A DNA stretch of 56,422 nt. It comes from Acidobacteriota bacterium. Lineage in GTDB: Bacteria; Acidobacteriota; UBA6911. The notes under the pieces were generated by a model, which saw nothing but the letters and a program-made list of their open reading frames with translations, was not told the DNA's origin and did no database searches. Shown in pieces: positions 1 through 9,459 of this stretch. Every line of letters starts with the position of its first letter. Position 1 is the stretch's first letter. Both the position numbers and the translations under genes were made by a program. The stretch is taken from contig JACADW010000080.1 of assembly GCA_013388445.1 (NCBI GenBank), positions 1 through 56,422 of the forward strand, read 5' to 3'.

Positions 1-92
1 CCTTCATGGAGAACTCCGCGCGATGGCATCACCGGGTGCCGACGGTCGAGGAATTGGACGCGGCCCTGAAGGAAATCGACGGAATGGCATGA
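1..92 (+). CDS. transketolase N-terminal (TPP-binding) subunit, 3' end only (cut by window edge)
   Basis: The frame ending at TGA 90..92 reads ...FMENSARWHHRVPTVEELDAALKEIDGMA*. This parallels the C-terminus of the complete subunit at 27493..28383 (...SFMEYDHRWHGGVPNRQEFERAIEEL...). The stop overlaps the next start (ATGA at 89..92). Confidence 0.6.
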   Translation, partial: FMENSARWHHRVPTVEELDAALKEIDGMA

Positions 93-1069
93 TGAGCGAG
101 CTTTACGACTGCAGAGACGCGTTCGCACGCACGTTGGAGGAACTGGCTGCCTCCGACCGCAGGATTGTCGCCGTGACCAATGACTCGCTGGGGTCGAGCA
201 AGCTGGCGGGTTTCCGGGAACGATTCCCGGAGCGGTTTATCAATGTCGGGATCGCCGAGCAGGACATGATCGGCATTGCAGCGGGGCTGGCCAACGGCGG
301 CAAGCTGCCTTTCGTGTGCGGGGCGTGCTGTTTCCTCACGGCCCGGGCCCTGGAGCAGATCAAGGTGGACCTCGCCTACTCGAGGGCCGATGTGAAGGTC
401 TGCGGCATGAGCGCCGGGCTGGCTTACGGCCCGCTGGGAACGACGCATCATTCCATCGAAGACGTGGCCTGGACACGGGTGATCGCGGATCTTTACATCA
501 TAGTCCCGGCCGACCCGCTGGAGACGGAGCAGGCCGTTCGCGCGATTGCCGCTTATGAAGGGCCTGTCTACCTCAGGCTGAGCCGCATGCCTGTCCCTGC
601 GGTCCACCCCCCGCAGTATCGCTTCGGGATCGGCCGAGCCGCCGTTCTCCGCGACGGGACCGATTTGACCCTGATCTCAAACGGCACCATGGTGAGCCGG
701 GCGGTGGGCGCCGCCGAGGCGCTTGCAGAGGAGGGTGTCGAGGCCCGGGTCGTCAACATGTCGACGATCAAGCCGCTCGACGCCGCGACGATCGAGCGCG
801 CTGCCAGGGAGACGGGGGCGATTGTCACAGTGGAGGAGCACTCGGTGATCGGGGGCCTCGGGAGCGCCGTCGCGGAAGTGGTGGTGCGGACCTGTCCGGT
901 TCCGGTCCGTATGCTGGGGATTCCCGGAGTCTTCGCGCCGACCGGATCGGTCGAATTCCTCTTCGATCATTTTGGCCTGACAGTGGAGGGAATCCGTGCT
1001 GCGGCTCTTGCCATGCTGAAGGACGGCGCCGCCAAGAACAATCCGTCTCCCCTCGGGGTAGTGGGATAG
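89..1069 (+). CDS. transketolase C-terminal (pyrimidine-binding) subunit
   Basis: ORF track 23..1069. I place the start at ATG 89 (MMSELYD...), which gives the same MSEL N-terminus as the paralog at 28371 and overlaps the upstream stop. Family motifs: FINVGIAEQDM, GPLGTTHHSIEDVA, TIKPLD, VTVEEHSVIGGLGSAV. Confidence 0.9.
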   Translation: MMSELYDCRDAFARTLEELAASDRRIVAVTNDSLGSSKLAGFRERFPERFINVGIAEQDMIGIAAGLANGGKLPFVCGACCFLTARALEQIKVDLAYSRADVKVCGMSAGLAYGPLGTTHHSIEDVAWTRVIADLYIIVPADPLETEQAVRAIAAYEGPVYLRLSRMPVPAVHPPQYRFGIGRAAVLRDGTDLTLISNGTMVSRAVGAAEALAEEGVEARVVNMSTIKPLDAATIERAARETGAIVTVEEHSVIGGLGSAVAEVVVRTCPVPVRMLGIPGVFAPTGSVEFLFDHFGLTVEGIRAAALAMLKDGAAKNNPSPLGVVG

Positions 1070-1937
1070 CACTTCTCCGTGCGCCGGACCCGCCCGGCGA
1101 GGAGTGCTTCGCTGCTGCAAGATTGCCGCGGCGCTTCACCGGCACCTCTGAGAGTCCTTGATCCCCGGGCTCCAAGAGCCGTCTCTGCATCCGGCCGGCA
1201 CCTGCAGTGCTGGCGACGCGGTCCCGCGAGTGCAACCGATACGATCTGGAGCAAGCCTTCGGAATGGCCGGAGGGCACAATGGGTGTGATGGCTGGCGCG
1301 CGAAAATATGGACTGTTTGCGGCCGAGATTCTGCCGGTTGCCCTGAGCGTCGCCCGCAAAGAGCTACGGCGGAGTCGGTGCCGCGCGCGGCCTCGACGGC
1401 CCAAACGAAATTCGGGCCATTGCGCCGCTGGGTGCCGGCTTGGTAGATCCGGCCCGTCCGCCGGAACGCGTCCGCCAGCGCCCGGCTTTCCTGGATGGTC
1501 ATCGAGCAGGGCTTCTCGCAGAAGACGTCCTTGCCCGCGTGGGCCGCCTGAACGGATAGGGGTGCGTGCCAGAATTCCGGCGTGGCGATGATCACGGCAT
1601 CGATGTCCGGGCGCGCCAGCACCTCCTCATGGTAGGAGTACATCATGCAGTCGCTGTTTTCGTAGCGCCCGTCGACCATCTTCTTGACCAGCTCCCGGCG
1701 TTCCTTCTTCAGGTCGCAAATGGCGACGAACCTGACGTCCTCGTAGCCCAGCACCGTGTTCACCGAGGCCATCCCGCGGCCGCCGATCCCGATGCCGGCG
1801 ACGGCGACCCTGTCGCTGGGCGCAACCGTTCCGGCGGGCCGGCCGAGCACGAAGCTCGGCACGATCAGGGGCGCCGCAGCGGCGCCGGCAGTCTTGATGA
1901 AATCGCGCCGTGTGACATGTCCATCTCGAATACCCAT
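825..1937 (-). pseudogene. Gfo/Idh/MocA-family oxidoreductase with Tat signal, apparently truncated after the NAD-binding domain
   Basis: Residues 1 to about 185 (nt about 1383..1937) match the family well: twin-arginine signal HVTRRDFIKTAGAAAAPL, Rossmann VAVAGIGIGGRG, VFCEKPCS, YQAGTQRR. After ...NFVWAVEAAR the frame becomes Arg/Pro/Ser-rich with no family resemblance. It then runs antisense 245 nt into the transketolase gene. I translated the other two minus frames of 1070..1382 by hand and neither shows the expected C-terminal domain. Confidence 0.5.
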
Positions 1938-2244
1938 GATTTTCCTCCCTCACGTCTCCGGGACTCCGGTCATTCATACGGATGCCCGCATAGCATCCAT
2001 TTTTGGACTCCCGCCAGTCAAGCAACATCCGAACCCGAACCAAGTGTATTTACCCATCGAAACCCATGCGCGGTGGATAATGCAATTGGACTTGAAACGA
2101 TGTCCCGCCCGAGGGGATTTGAGAATTCAGGATTCCGAACAGGCCTCGGACACGCTCGCAGCAGCCGGCTCCCTTCGTCCCACAGCCTGAATCGCACGGG
2201 GCCGAAACAGGAACAGAATGCTCGCAAAGATGGTGGTAGCCGCT

Positions 2245-3180
2245 TTAGTATCCCTTATCGCAGTGCGGTTCGATGTCAGCGGCAGAGCTCTCGCTGACCC
2301 AGACATCCGTGCGAAGAGTCTGGAGGATGGATTCAGGTATTCTCGGCGTCACAGGACCGTGCAGGATCAGTCGGGTGACAAACCGCTGCCAGGAAACGAA
2401 CGATCCCCCTACCGTGATGGAGTGCATGTCGATCCGGTGTTTGGCTGCAATCACCTCGGCAGGCCCGATCGTCGCAGCCTTGGGTGGCACCGCGGAAAGG
2501 TCGCCGCTCATGCCAAACGATCCATGGAGGGAGTTCTGAGCGATTGTGAACGGACTGAGCCTGCAGACGCGCGGCCCCATCTTCTTCCATTGTGACAGGG
2601 TTCCCGCGAATTCCGGGGCGTCGGGCTCGATGAAAGCCAGGTGTCCCGTCCATCCCGGGCCGCTGTAACAGATGTCCGCACCGCCCAAATCCGCGATCAT
2701 CCGGCCATAATCCCGAATGTTCCGATCGGTTGGTCCCTGGATCTGTTTTTCCGGCGGCCTCAGTTTGACATCGAGGTTGGCGTAGAAGCTCTTCTTGAAC
2801 GAATGCATGAACCCGAACGGCCAGCTCTCCGGAGCAATCCGCCCATCCTGGTTGGCGTACTCATCCATGTTGAACGTGTGGAGCCTGCGGCAGTCCACGC
2901 GGCAGGTGTTGATCATCTGCGCCAGCCGACGGTAGCCCGCAGGCCATGGATTTGGGAGGATCATCACCAGCGTCCGCCCCTCATACGATGCATTCTTGAT
3001 CCGTCTGAACATGTCGGTCAGCCACAGGAATTCGACTTCCGCATCCGGCACCACGGTGATCCTGAAGTCCCGATTGGGGTGCCTCGCAATATCTTCCCGC
3101 TTGATGCGGCGAACACGTTCGATTACGCGGCGATCGCGGAAGGGGATGAATTCGGCGGGTTCGAACGACCATCGTGCCAT
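2245..3180 (-). CDS. glucosamine-6-phosphate deaminase/isomerase (NagB / 6-phosphogluconolactonase superfamily)-like protein
   Basis: 311-aa ORF with ATG at 3180 preceded by GAAAGGGA. Contains the characteristic FNMDEY motif and SGPGWTGHLAFIEP (compare G.G.DGH.AFNEP of NagB). Confidence 0.8.
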   Translation of the reverse strand: MARWSFEPAEFIPFRDRRVIERVRRIKREDIARHPNRDFRITVVPDAEVEFLWLTDMFRRIKNASYEGRTLVMILPNPWPAGYRRLAQMINTCRVDCRRLHTFNMDEYANQDGRIAPESWPFGFMHSFKKSFYANLDVKLRPPEKQIQGPTDRNIRDYGRMIADLGGADICYSGPGWTGHLAFIEPDAPEFAGTLSQWKKMGPRVCRLSPFTIAQNSLHGSFGMSGDLSAVPPKAATIGPAEVIAAKHRIDMHSITVGGSFVSWQRFVTRLILHGPVTPRIPESILQTLRTDVWVSESSAADIEPHCDKGY

Positions 3181-3502
3181 GGGCGGTCCCTTTCTTCTGG
3201 ACTGCAGGGTTGTCTTGCCCGCCGCTTCAAGCGACTTGCCGACCGCCGGCGACCATCGCCGGGTTCAAGCTCAGCAGCCGATTTGAATCGGCGCGGCAGT
3301 ATGGTCCTGGGTGTCGCGCAGCGCGTGGCGGCCCGTCGTCCCGAAATGGTCTTTGGGCAAGGGATGCCTCCTCTCCCGCGTTCAGGAGTCGCAGTTTTCC
3401 ACATCGCCGGGTGTGATGCCCTGAAGGCTGCGGCACCCAGAGAACCTTTTGTTTCCAATCGAACAAAAATAATGTTAGATTTTTACAGGCAATGCAAGCA
3501 TC

Positions 3503-4279
3503 ATGTGGACCTTGAACGAGCGGCAGAAACGCATTCGCGAACGGCTGGCCCGTGATGGCCGCCTTACCGTCTCCCGGCTGGCGGAGCAGCTGAGAGTGGC
3601 CGAAATGACGATCCGCCGCGATCTGAGCACGATGGAGCGGGCCGGGCTACTCACTCGCACGCATGGCGGTTGCGTGCTGCAATCGCCGTTCGTAGCCGAG
3701 GCCTCCTTCTCGGACAAACAGCGCCGTCGCCAGGCTGAGAAAGCGGCCATCGCCCGGGGCGCCGTGGGGAAACTGCGGCCGGGCGATGCGGTGTACCTGG
3801 ATACCGGCACGACCGCTCTGGCGGTGGCGCGGGCCCTGCCGCCCGACCTGGGCTTGAAGATCTTCACCAACAACCTGCGGGTGGCGCTGGAGTTGTTTGG
3901 GCGTGCCGGCGTAGAAGTTGCCGTCTACGGCGGCGTGCTGGGGCGGAAGAGTCCGGATCTGCTGGACGAGATCGCGCTGTACCACGTCGGCCAATACCGA
4001 CTCGACGTCGCCATCGTCGGCGCGGACGCCCTCGACGTCGAGAGGGGTGAATTCAACGCGGCGGATGCCGCCTCGGCCGCATTGTCGCGGGCCGCTCAAA
4101 AGCAAGCCGACCGGGTGATCGTGGTCATCGACAGTTCGAAGTTCGGAAAACGCGGCCTCGCGCTGGCCGGCCGGCTGGCGCCGGGAGTGACTTTGATCAC
4201 CGACGCGGAGGCGGACAGGAAAACGCGAGTCGCTTTGCGCCATAGCGGCGCGACCATCCTTTACGAGGAGATCCGATGA
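3503..4279 (+). CDS. DeoR/GlpR-family transcriptional regulator
   Basis: N-terminal HTH (ERQKRIRERLARDGRLTVSRLAEQLRVAEMTIRRDLSTMERAGLLTRTHGG) and a C-terminal sugar-phosphate-binding DeoR_C-like domain. Divergent from the NagB-like gene and heads a co-directional overlapping operon. Confidence 0.9.
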   Translation: MWTLNERQKRIRERLARDGRLTVSRLAEQLRVAEMTIRRDLSTMERAGLLTRTHGGCVLQSPFVAEASFSDKQRRRQAEKAAIARGAVGKLRPGDAVYLDTGTTALAVARALPPDLGLKIFTNNLRVALELFGRAGVEVAVYGGVLGRKSPDLLDEIALYHVGQYRLDVAIVGADALDVERGEFNAADAASAALSRAAQKQADRVIVVIDSSKFGKRGLALAGRLAPGVTLITDAEADRKTRVALRHSGATILYEEIR

Positions 4280-5643
4280 GCCGATATGATTCCAGCCGGT
4301 ATGCCGTAGACCTCGATGAATATCCGAAGATCGTCAGCGCAGTCGTGCCGGGGCCCGAGTCCCGGGCATGGCACGGCCGCTGCACGAAATACTTCATGGG
4401 GCTCTCGAGCCAGGTGAAACTCTTCCCGGTGGCGTTCGAGTCGGGCTGCGGCTGCACGCTGCGCGACGTGGACGGCAACCGGTACATCGATTTCAGTTCC
4501 GGCATTTATGTAACGACGCTCGGGCATTGCCATCCGAAGGTCACGGAAGCGGTGCGCAAGTATGCCGGGCAGCTGATGAACGCGCACGATTTCACCACGA
4601 AGATCAAGACCCTGCTTTGCGAAAAGCTGGCGCAGGTATTGCCGGGCGACCTGACCGGGTACCAATTCTACGACTGCGGCACGGCGGCGGTGGAAGCGGG
4701 GATGCGTGTGCTGCGGGCCGCCGCCGGCAAGCACGAGTTGTTGTCGTGCTTCTACGATTTCCACGGCAAGACCTACGGGGCGGTGTCGCTGGCCGAGTTC
4801 CGGTCCGCAGCCTACGGTGCCACGCGGGCGCCGGGCATGCATCTGCTGCCCCGGCCGAACACGTACCGACCGCACTGGACGAAGGTAGACGGGTCGATCG
4901 ACACCGACAGGTATCTGGAGTTCTATGCAGAGTATCTCGACCGTGCGACGGCCAACGCGGTGGCCGGCTTCGTCCTGGAGCCGATCCAGGGATGGGGCGG
5001 TTCGGTGATGCCTCCGGATGATTTCTTCCCGAAGCTCCGCAAGCTTTGCGATCAGCGGAAGATTCTGCTCATGGCCGACGAGGTTCTGACGGGCTGGGCC
5101 CGGACAGGCAAGTGGCTGTGCATGGAGCACTGGGGGGTTGTGCCGGACGTTGTCGCCATTGGCAAGGGATTCGGGAACGGCTTCCCGGTCACCTGCATCG
5201 CGGTGCGGGAGCCTTACAAGGAGAAGCTCGAGGCGATCAGTGCCTCGTCCAGTTACGGCGGCAACCCGATGGCCTGTGCCGCGGCGCTGGCGAGCACGGA
5301 GGTGATCGAAGAGGAGGGGTTGCTGGAACACGGCCTTCACCTGGGCGAATTGTTCCGCCGGCGGATGGAAAGGTGGAAGGAGCGGTTCAACATCGTCGGC
5401 GACACGCGCGTCAAAGGCTGTCTGATGGGTGTCGAACTCGTGAAGGACAAGCAGTCCAAGGAGCCTTTCGAGGAAGCCGGCAAGCGCGTCTATCAGCGCG
5501 CTTTCCGCAAGGGCTTGGCCTGGATCCCGGCGGGGCATATCCTGCGGATGAGTCCGCCGGTTGTGATGCCGGACAACGTGGCGCACAAGGCGATGGACAT
5601 CATCGAGGAATCCATCGCCGAAGTGGAAAAGGAGCTGCGCTAG
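4276..5643 (+). CDS. class-III (omega/GABA-type) PLP-dependent aminotransferase
   Basis: 455 aa. Motifs: DGNRYIDFSSGIYVTTLGHCHPKV, LLMADEVLTGWARTGKW, candidate PLP lysine in VVAIGKGFGNGFP, SSYGGNPMACAAA. The ATGA start overlaps the DeoR stop. Confidence 0.9.
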   Translation: MSRYDSSRYAVDLDEYPKIVSAVVPGPESRAWHGRCTKYFMGLSSQVKLFPVAFESGCGCTLRDVDGNRYIDFSSGIYVTTLGHCHPKVTEAVRKYAGQLMNAHDFTTKIKTLLCEKLAQVLPGDLTGYQFYDCGTAAVEAGMRVLRAAAGKHELLSCFYDFHGKTYGAVSLAEFRSAAYGATRAPGMHLLPRPNTYRPHWTKVDGSIDTDRYLEFYAEYLDRATANAVAGFVLEPIQGWGGSVMPPDDFFPKLRKLCDQRKILLMADEVLTGWARTGKWLCMEHWGVVPDVVAIGKGFGNGFPVTCIAVREPYKEKLEAISASSSYGGNPMACAAALASTEVIEEEGLLEHGLHLGELFRRRMERWKERFNIVGDTRVKGCLMGVELVKDKQSKEPFEEAGKRVYQRAFRKGLAWIPAGHILRMSPPVVMPDNVAHKAMDIIEESIAEVEKELR

Positions 5644-5646
5644 GGG

Positions 5647-6930
5647 ATGACTCTGGTGGCCGGTGCCGCGATTCGCGAGATAAGCCCGAACCAGCCGATG
5701 CAGTTGTGTGGCTACCCTCACGTGCTGCGTCTTTCCACGGGCATCCATGACCCGCTGCTTGCCGCGGCGCTCTATCTCGAGAACGGCAGCGAGGCGGTGC
5801 TGCTGGGCGTTCTCGACCTGCTGATGATCAACTCGGATGCGGCCCGCCGCCTGCGGAAGCGGGTGTCTTCTGCCTTGCGACTGCCCGAGGAGCGGATCCT
5901 GATCAGCTGCACGCACACCCATTCCGCCCCGGTCACCGCGCGGTATCTGCCTTTTATCGGCGACCCGGCAATGCCGATGCCGGATGCCGACTATCTGCAA
6001 TTCTGTGAAGATCGTTTCGTCGAAAGCGCCGTGGCGGCAAGAGTGGACGCCCGGCCTGCCGGACTGTGCTGGACCACGGCGGACGGTACAGGCGTTGGCG
6101 GCAACCGGAATTCGCCCGAGGGGCCGGCGGACCCGGAGGTGGGCGTGCTCGCCATCCAGGCGGACGGCAAGCTCCACTCGCTGGCCGTGATCTACGGTAT
6201 GCATCCGACCGTGCTGCATGAGGATTCGACGCTGGTATCGGCGGATTTTCCCCACTTTGTTCGCCGGGATCTACAGGATCGGCACGGTGCTCGGGTGCTC
6301 TATTTTACCGGCCCGTGCGGCAACCAGAGCCCGCGGCGCCACGTTGCCGCCCAGACCTTCAGTGAGGCGGAGCGGCTTGGTCGCCTCCTGGGCTCTGCCG
6401 TTGAGGCAAGTCTGGACGACCTGCAGTTCGACGGCAACCCGGTCCTGTCGGGGAGGATCACCTCCGTCGATCTGCCGTGGCGCAAGCTGCCGACGGTTGC
6501 GGAGGCGCAGGATCTTGTCGCTCGGCGCCGGGAGGAATATGAACGGCTCAAGGCGGCTGCCGCTCCCCGTGCCGATGTGCGCACGGCGGAGGTGGCCGTA
6601 TTTGGTGCGGAAGCGACGCTGCGGCTTGCCCAATGCGATGTGGAGGCAGTGCTGGCGTCGGTCCTGCCGGCGGAAGTCCAGGTGCTGCGCATCGGCGACA
6701 GCTGCGTAGTTGGGTTTCCGGGAGAGATATTCGTGGAGTATGCCCTCGATCTGAAGACGCGTGCCCCGATCAGGACGTTCGTCATCGCATTCGCAAATGG
6801 GGAATTGCAGGGTTATATCGTCACGGCGGAAGCTCTGGCCGCTGGCGGGTATGAGGCGGCAAGCAGCTTGTTCGTACCGGCCGCCGGCAGGATGCTGGTG
6901 GACGCCGCCTTGGGAGCGATGGAGCCATGA
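5647..6930 (+). CDS. neutral/alkaline ceramidase N-terminal-domain-like hydrolase (function unknown)
   Basis: 427 aa. Contains ...CGYPH...GIHDPLLAAALYLENG...LDLL...ILISCTHTHSAPV, which resembles the Ceramidase_alk N-terminal core (THTHS.P). AAGGAG lies 12 nt upstream of the ATG. Confidence 0.65.
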   Translation: MTLVAGAAIREISPNQPMQLCGYPHVLRLSTGIHDPLLAAALYLENGSEAVLLGVLDLLMINSDAARRLRKRVSSALRLPEERILISCTHTHSAPVTARYLPFIGDPAMPMPDADYLQFCEDRFVESAVAARVDARPAGLCWTTADGTGVGGNRNSPEGPADPEVGVLAIQADGKLHSLAVIYGMHPTVLHEDSTLVSADFPHFVRRDLQDRHGARVLYFTGPCGNQSPRRHVAAQTFSEAERLGRLLGSAVEASLDDLQFDGNPVLSGRITSVDLPWRKLPTVAEAQDLVARRREEYERLKAAAAPRADVRTAEVAVFGAEATLRLAQCDVEAVLASVLPAEVQVLRIGDSCVVGFPGEIFVEYALDLKTRAPIRTFVIAFANGELQGYIVTAEALAAGGYEAASSLFVPAAGRMLVDAALGAMEP

Positions 6931-8078
6931 AGACTGAGACCGTGCGATTCGGGATCATCGGATGCGGGCTGATGGGCAGGGAGTTTGCGAGCGCGGCAGC
7001 GCGCTGGTGTCATCTGCTCGATACAGCGGCGCGTCCGGAGATCGCGGCGGTCTGCGACCGGAATACGGGGACCTTTCCTTGGTTTCTGGACAACTTCCCG
7101 ACGATCCGGCGGGCCACCGACGATTACGGGGAATTGCTGGCAAGGCCCGATGTGGATGCGGTATATGTCGCGATTCCGCACCACCTGCACCAGGAAGTTT
7201 ATTGCGCGGCGATTGGCGCCGGAAAACACCTGATGGGCGAGAAACCGTTCGGCATCGATCAAGCCGCGTGCGAGGCCATTCTGGCGGCCTCGCGCCGGCA
7301 TCCGCATGTCTTCGTGCGGTGTTCATCCGAATCGGTGTTCTTTCCGGCCATGCAGCGCATCGGAGAGCTGCTCGAGCAGGACGCCTTCGGACAGCTGATC
7401 GAGGTCAACACGGGTTTCCTGCACTCCAGCGACCTCGACCCCGACAAACCGATCAATTGGAAAAGGAGGATCGAGTACAACGGCGAGTACGGAGTGATGG
7501 GCGACCTCGGGATGCACGCCTGTCACTTGCCCTTCCGCGCGGGATGGCGGCCGCGAAATGTCCGGGCCATCCTCAGCAATATATTCAAGGATCGCCCCGA
7601 CGGCAGCGGCGGGCGCGCGCCGTGCGAGACCTGGGACAACGCCACCCTCCTCTGCGAAGCCGCGGATCCGGCTATCCGCCGGACATTCCCATGGACGATC
7701 AAGACCCAGCGCATCGCGCCGGGCCAGCGGAACCATTGGTATACGGAGATCTACGGCACGAAGCTCTCGGTGCGGTGGTCCAGCGTTCATTCGGACGTCC
7801 TGCATGTTCTGAAATACGAAGGCGGCGAACAGATCTGGGGCGAAATTCAGACGGGCCATGAAACGGCCTACAAGACCATCACCGGCGGCATCTTCCAGTT
7901 CGGATTCGGCGATTCGATCCTGCAGATGTGGGCGGCGTTCCTCCATGAACTCGTCCACGGCAAACCCATCAAGCGGTTCGCCGGCTGCGCCACGCCCGAA
8001 GAAGCGGCCGTCAGCCACCGACTTTTCACCGCTGCCCTGGCGTCGCAGCGGACTGCCGCTACCGTGCCGCTCTCATGA
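6927..8078 (+). CDS. Gfo/Idh/MocA-family NAD(P)-dependent oxidoreductase
   Basis: Motifs VRFGIIGCGLMGREF, VDAVYVAIPHHLH and HLMGEKPF (EKP motif). ATGA overlap with the upstream gene. Confidence 0.9.
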   Translation: MKTETVRFGIIGCGLMGREFASAAARWCHLLDTAARPEIAAVCDRNTGTFPWFLDNFPTIRRATDDYGELLARPDVDAVYVAIPHHLHQEVYCAAIGAGKHLMGEKPFGIDQAACEAILAASRRHPHVFVRCSSESVFFPAMQRIGELLEQDAFGQLIEVNTGFLHSSDLDPDKPINWKRRIEYNGEYGVMGDLGMHACHLPFRAGWRPRNVRAILSNIFKDRPDGSGGRAPCETWDNATLLCEAADPAIRRTFPWTIKTQRIAPGQRNHWYTEIYGTKLSVRWSSVHSDVLHVLKYEGGEQIWGEIQTGHETAYKTITGGIFQFGFGDSILQMWAAFLHELVHGKPIKRFAGCATPEEAAVSHRLFTAALASQRTAATVPLS

Positions 8079-9298
8079 TCCTCGCGCTGGATCTCGGGTC
8101 GACTTCGTTCAAGGCAGGCGTGTTTGATCGGCGCCTGCGCCTGCTGGAGGAACGGAGCGCGCCTTTGCGGTATCGGTACGGACCCGGCGGCCGGGTAGAG
8201 CTGGATGTGGCCTGGGTCGAGGCCGCGATGCGCCGCGTGCTGGTGCCTCGAGATTCCATCAGCGTGATTGCCCTCACGAGCCAGGCGCAGACCTTTACGG
8301 TCGTGGATCCGCACGGCCGCTGCCGGCGGCCCTTCGTATCGTGGCAGGACGGGAGCGCCGGGGCAGCCGTCGCGCGGCTGCGGCGGCGGTTGCCGGATTT
8401 CGCGTCTCACAGCAGCTTCGCGGACCTGCTGCCGTGTCTGCAGATCTGCCAGATCAAGCACCGGCCCGTGTTGCAGCAGGAGATGGTGTTGAGCCTTCCG
8501 TCGTTCTGGGTGCGGCGCTGGACAGGGGAGGATGTGACGGACGACAACATCGCTGCGATGAGCGGGCTGTACTCGCTTGTGCACGGAAGCTGGTGGCCGG
8601 CAGCCCTGCGTGCGTGCGGTCTCCGTGAATCCCAGCTTCCGCGGGTCGTGCCCATCGGGAGTGTGGCTGGCGTGACGACCGGTCACGAATCCGGTCTGCC
8701 GGCGGGCATTCCGGTCATTCTGGCCGGCAACGACCAGACCGCAGGCGCCTACGGTGCCCAGCTCCACAAGAACGGTGCAACCTTGGTCACGCTGGGCACG
8801 GCGCAGGTGGTCTATCGCTGTCTTGAGCGCCGGCCTGCGGCGCGGCCCGGTTTGATCCGCGGACCATATCCGGGCGGGCGCTATTACTCGATGGCCGCGG
8901 ACGCCTGGGGCGGCAATCTCGTCAACTGGGCCGAAACGGTGCTAGTCGGCTGCGCGACCCATGCTCAGTTCTTTGCACAGGCCGCCCGGGCGCCTGCAGG
9001 ATGCCGCGGACTGACTTTCGATCCTGAACGCGGCGCATGGGAAGGCCTGAACCTGCAGCACGAAGCAAGCGACATGGCACGGTCCATCCTCGAGTCGCTG
9101 GCCGACAGGCTGTCCGGCCTCTTGCGCCGCGTCGGGTCCCGGCCACAGCGGCCGCTGCTGGTGTCTGGCGGCGGGGCCGGGCAGCCTGTGTGGCGGGGGA
9201 TTGTGGCCGAGCGGCTGCAGCAGAGGGTACGAACGACGCGGGCAAATAGCTTGTTGGGTGCCGCCCGCCTGGCCGCAGATTTTCTGGGCATCTCCTAG
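8075..9298 (+). CDS. FGGY-family carbohydrate kinase (short, xylulokinase-like)
   Basis: Motifs ILALDLGSTSFKAGVF (N-terminal ATPase motif), ILAGNDQTAGAYGA and LLVSGGGAGQPVW. At 407 aa it is shorter than typical FGGY kinases. ATGA overlap with the upstream gene. Confidence 0.75.
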   Translation: MILALDLGSTSFKAGVFDRRLRLLEERSAPLRYRYGPGGRVELDVAWVEAAMRRVLVPRDSISVIALTSQAQTFTVVDPHGRCRRPFVSWQDGSAGAAVARLRRRLPDFASHSSFADLLPCLQICQIKHRPVLQQEMVLSLPSFWVRRWTGEDVTDDNIAAMSGLYSLVHGSWWPAALRACGLRESQLPRVVPIGSVAGVTTGHESGLPAGIPVILAGNDQTAGAYGAQLHKNGATLVTLGTAQVVYRCLERRPAARPGLIRGPYPGGRYYSMAADAWGGNLVNWAETVLVGCATHAQFFAQAARAPAGCRGLTFDPERGAWEGLNLQHEASDMARSILESLADRLSGLLRRVGSRPQRPLLVSGGGAGQPVWRGIVAERLQQRVRTTRANSLLGAARLAADFLGIS

Positions 9299-9459
9299 AT
9301 TTCCTATCCTGCATGCCGTGTCGGCGACCGTCTCCTCGCGTCTGCCACGGTCACTCGAGGCGGATGGCCCCGGCTGCGCGTGCGCCACGTCCTCAGCCAC
9401 GCCCGCCTGGAGTGCCCGGATCGCTTTCCCCACGGCGACGCGGAAGGGAATGGCCCGTT

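Noticed and set aside
4261-6255. 664-aa minus-strand ORF
   Set aside because: It is antisense to the aminotransferase and ceramidase-like genes, with low-complexity R/H/P/G-rich translation and no family signature.
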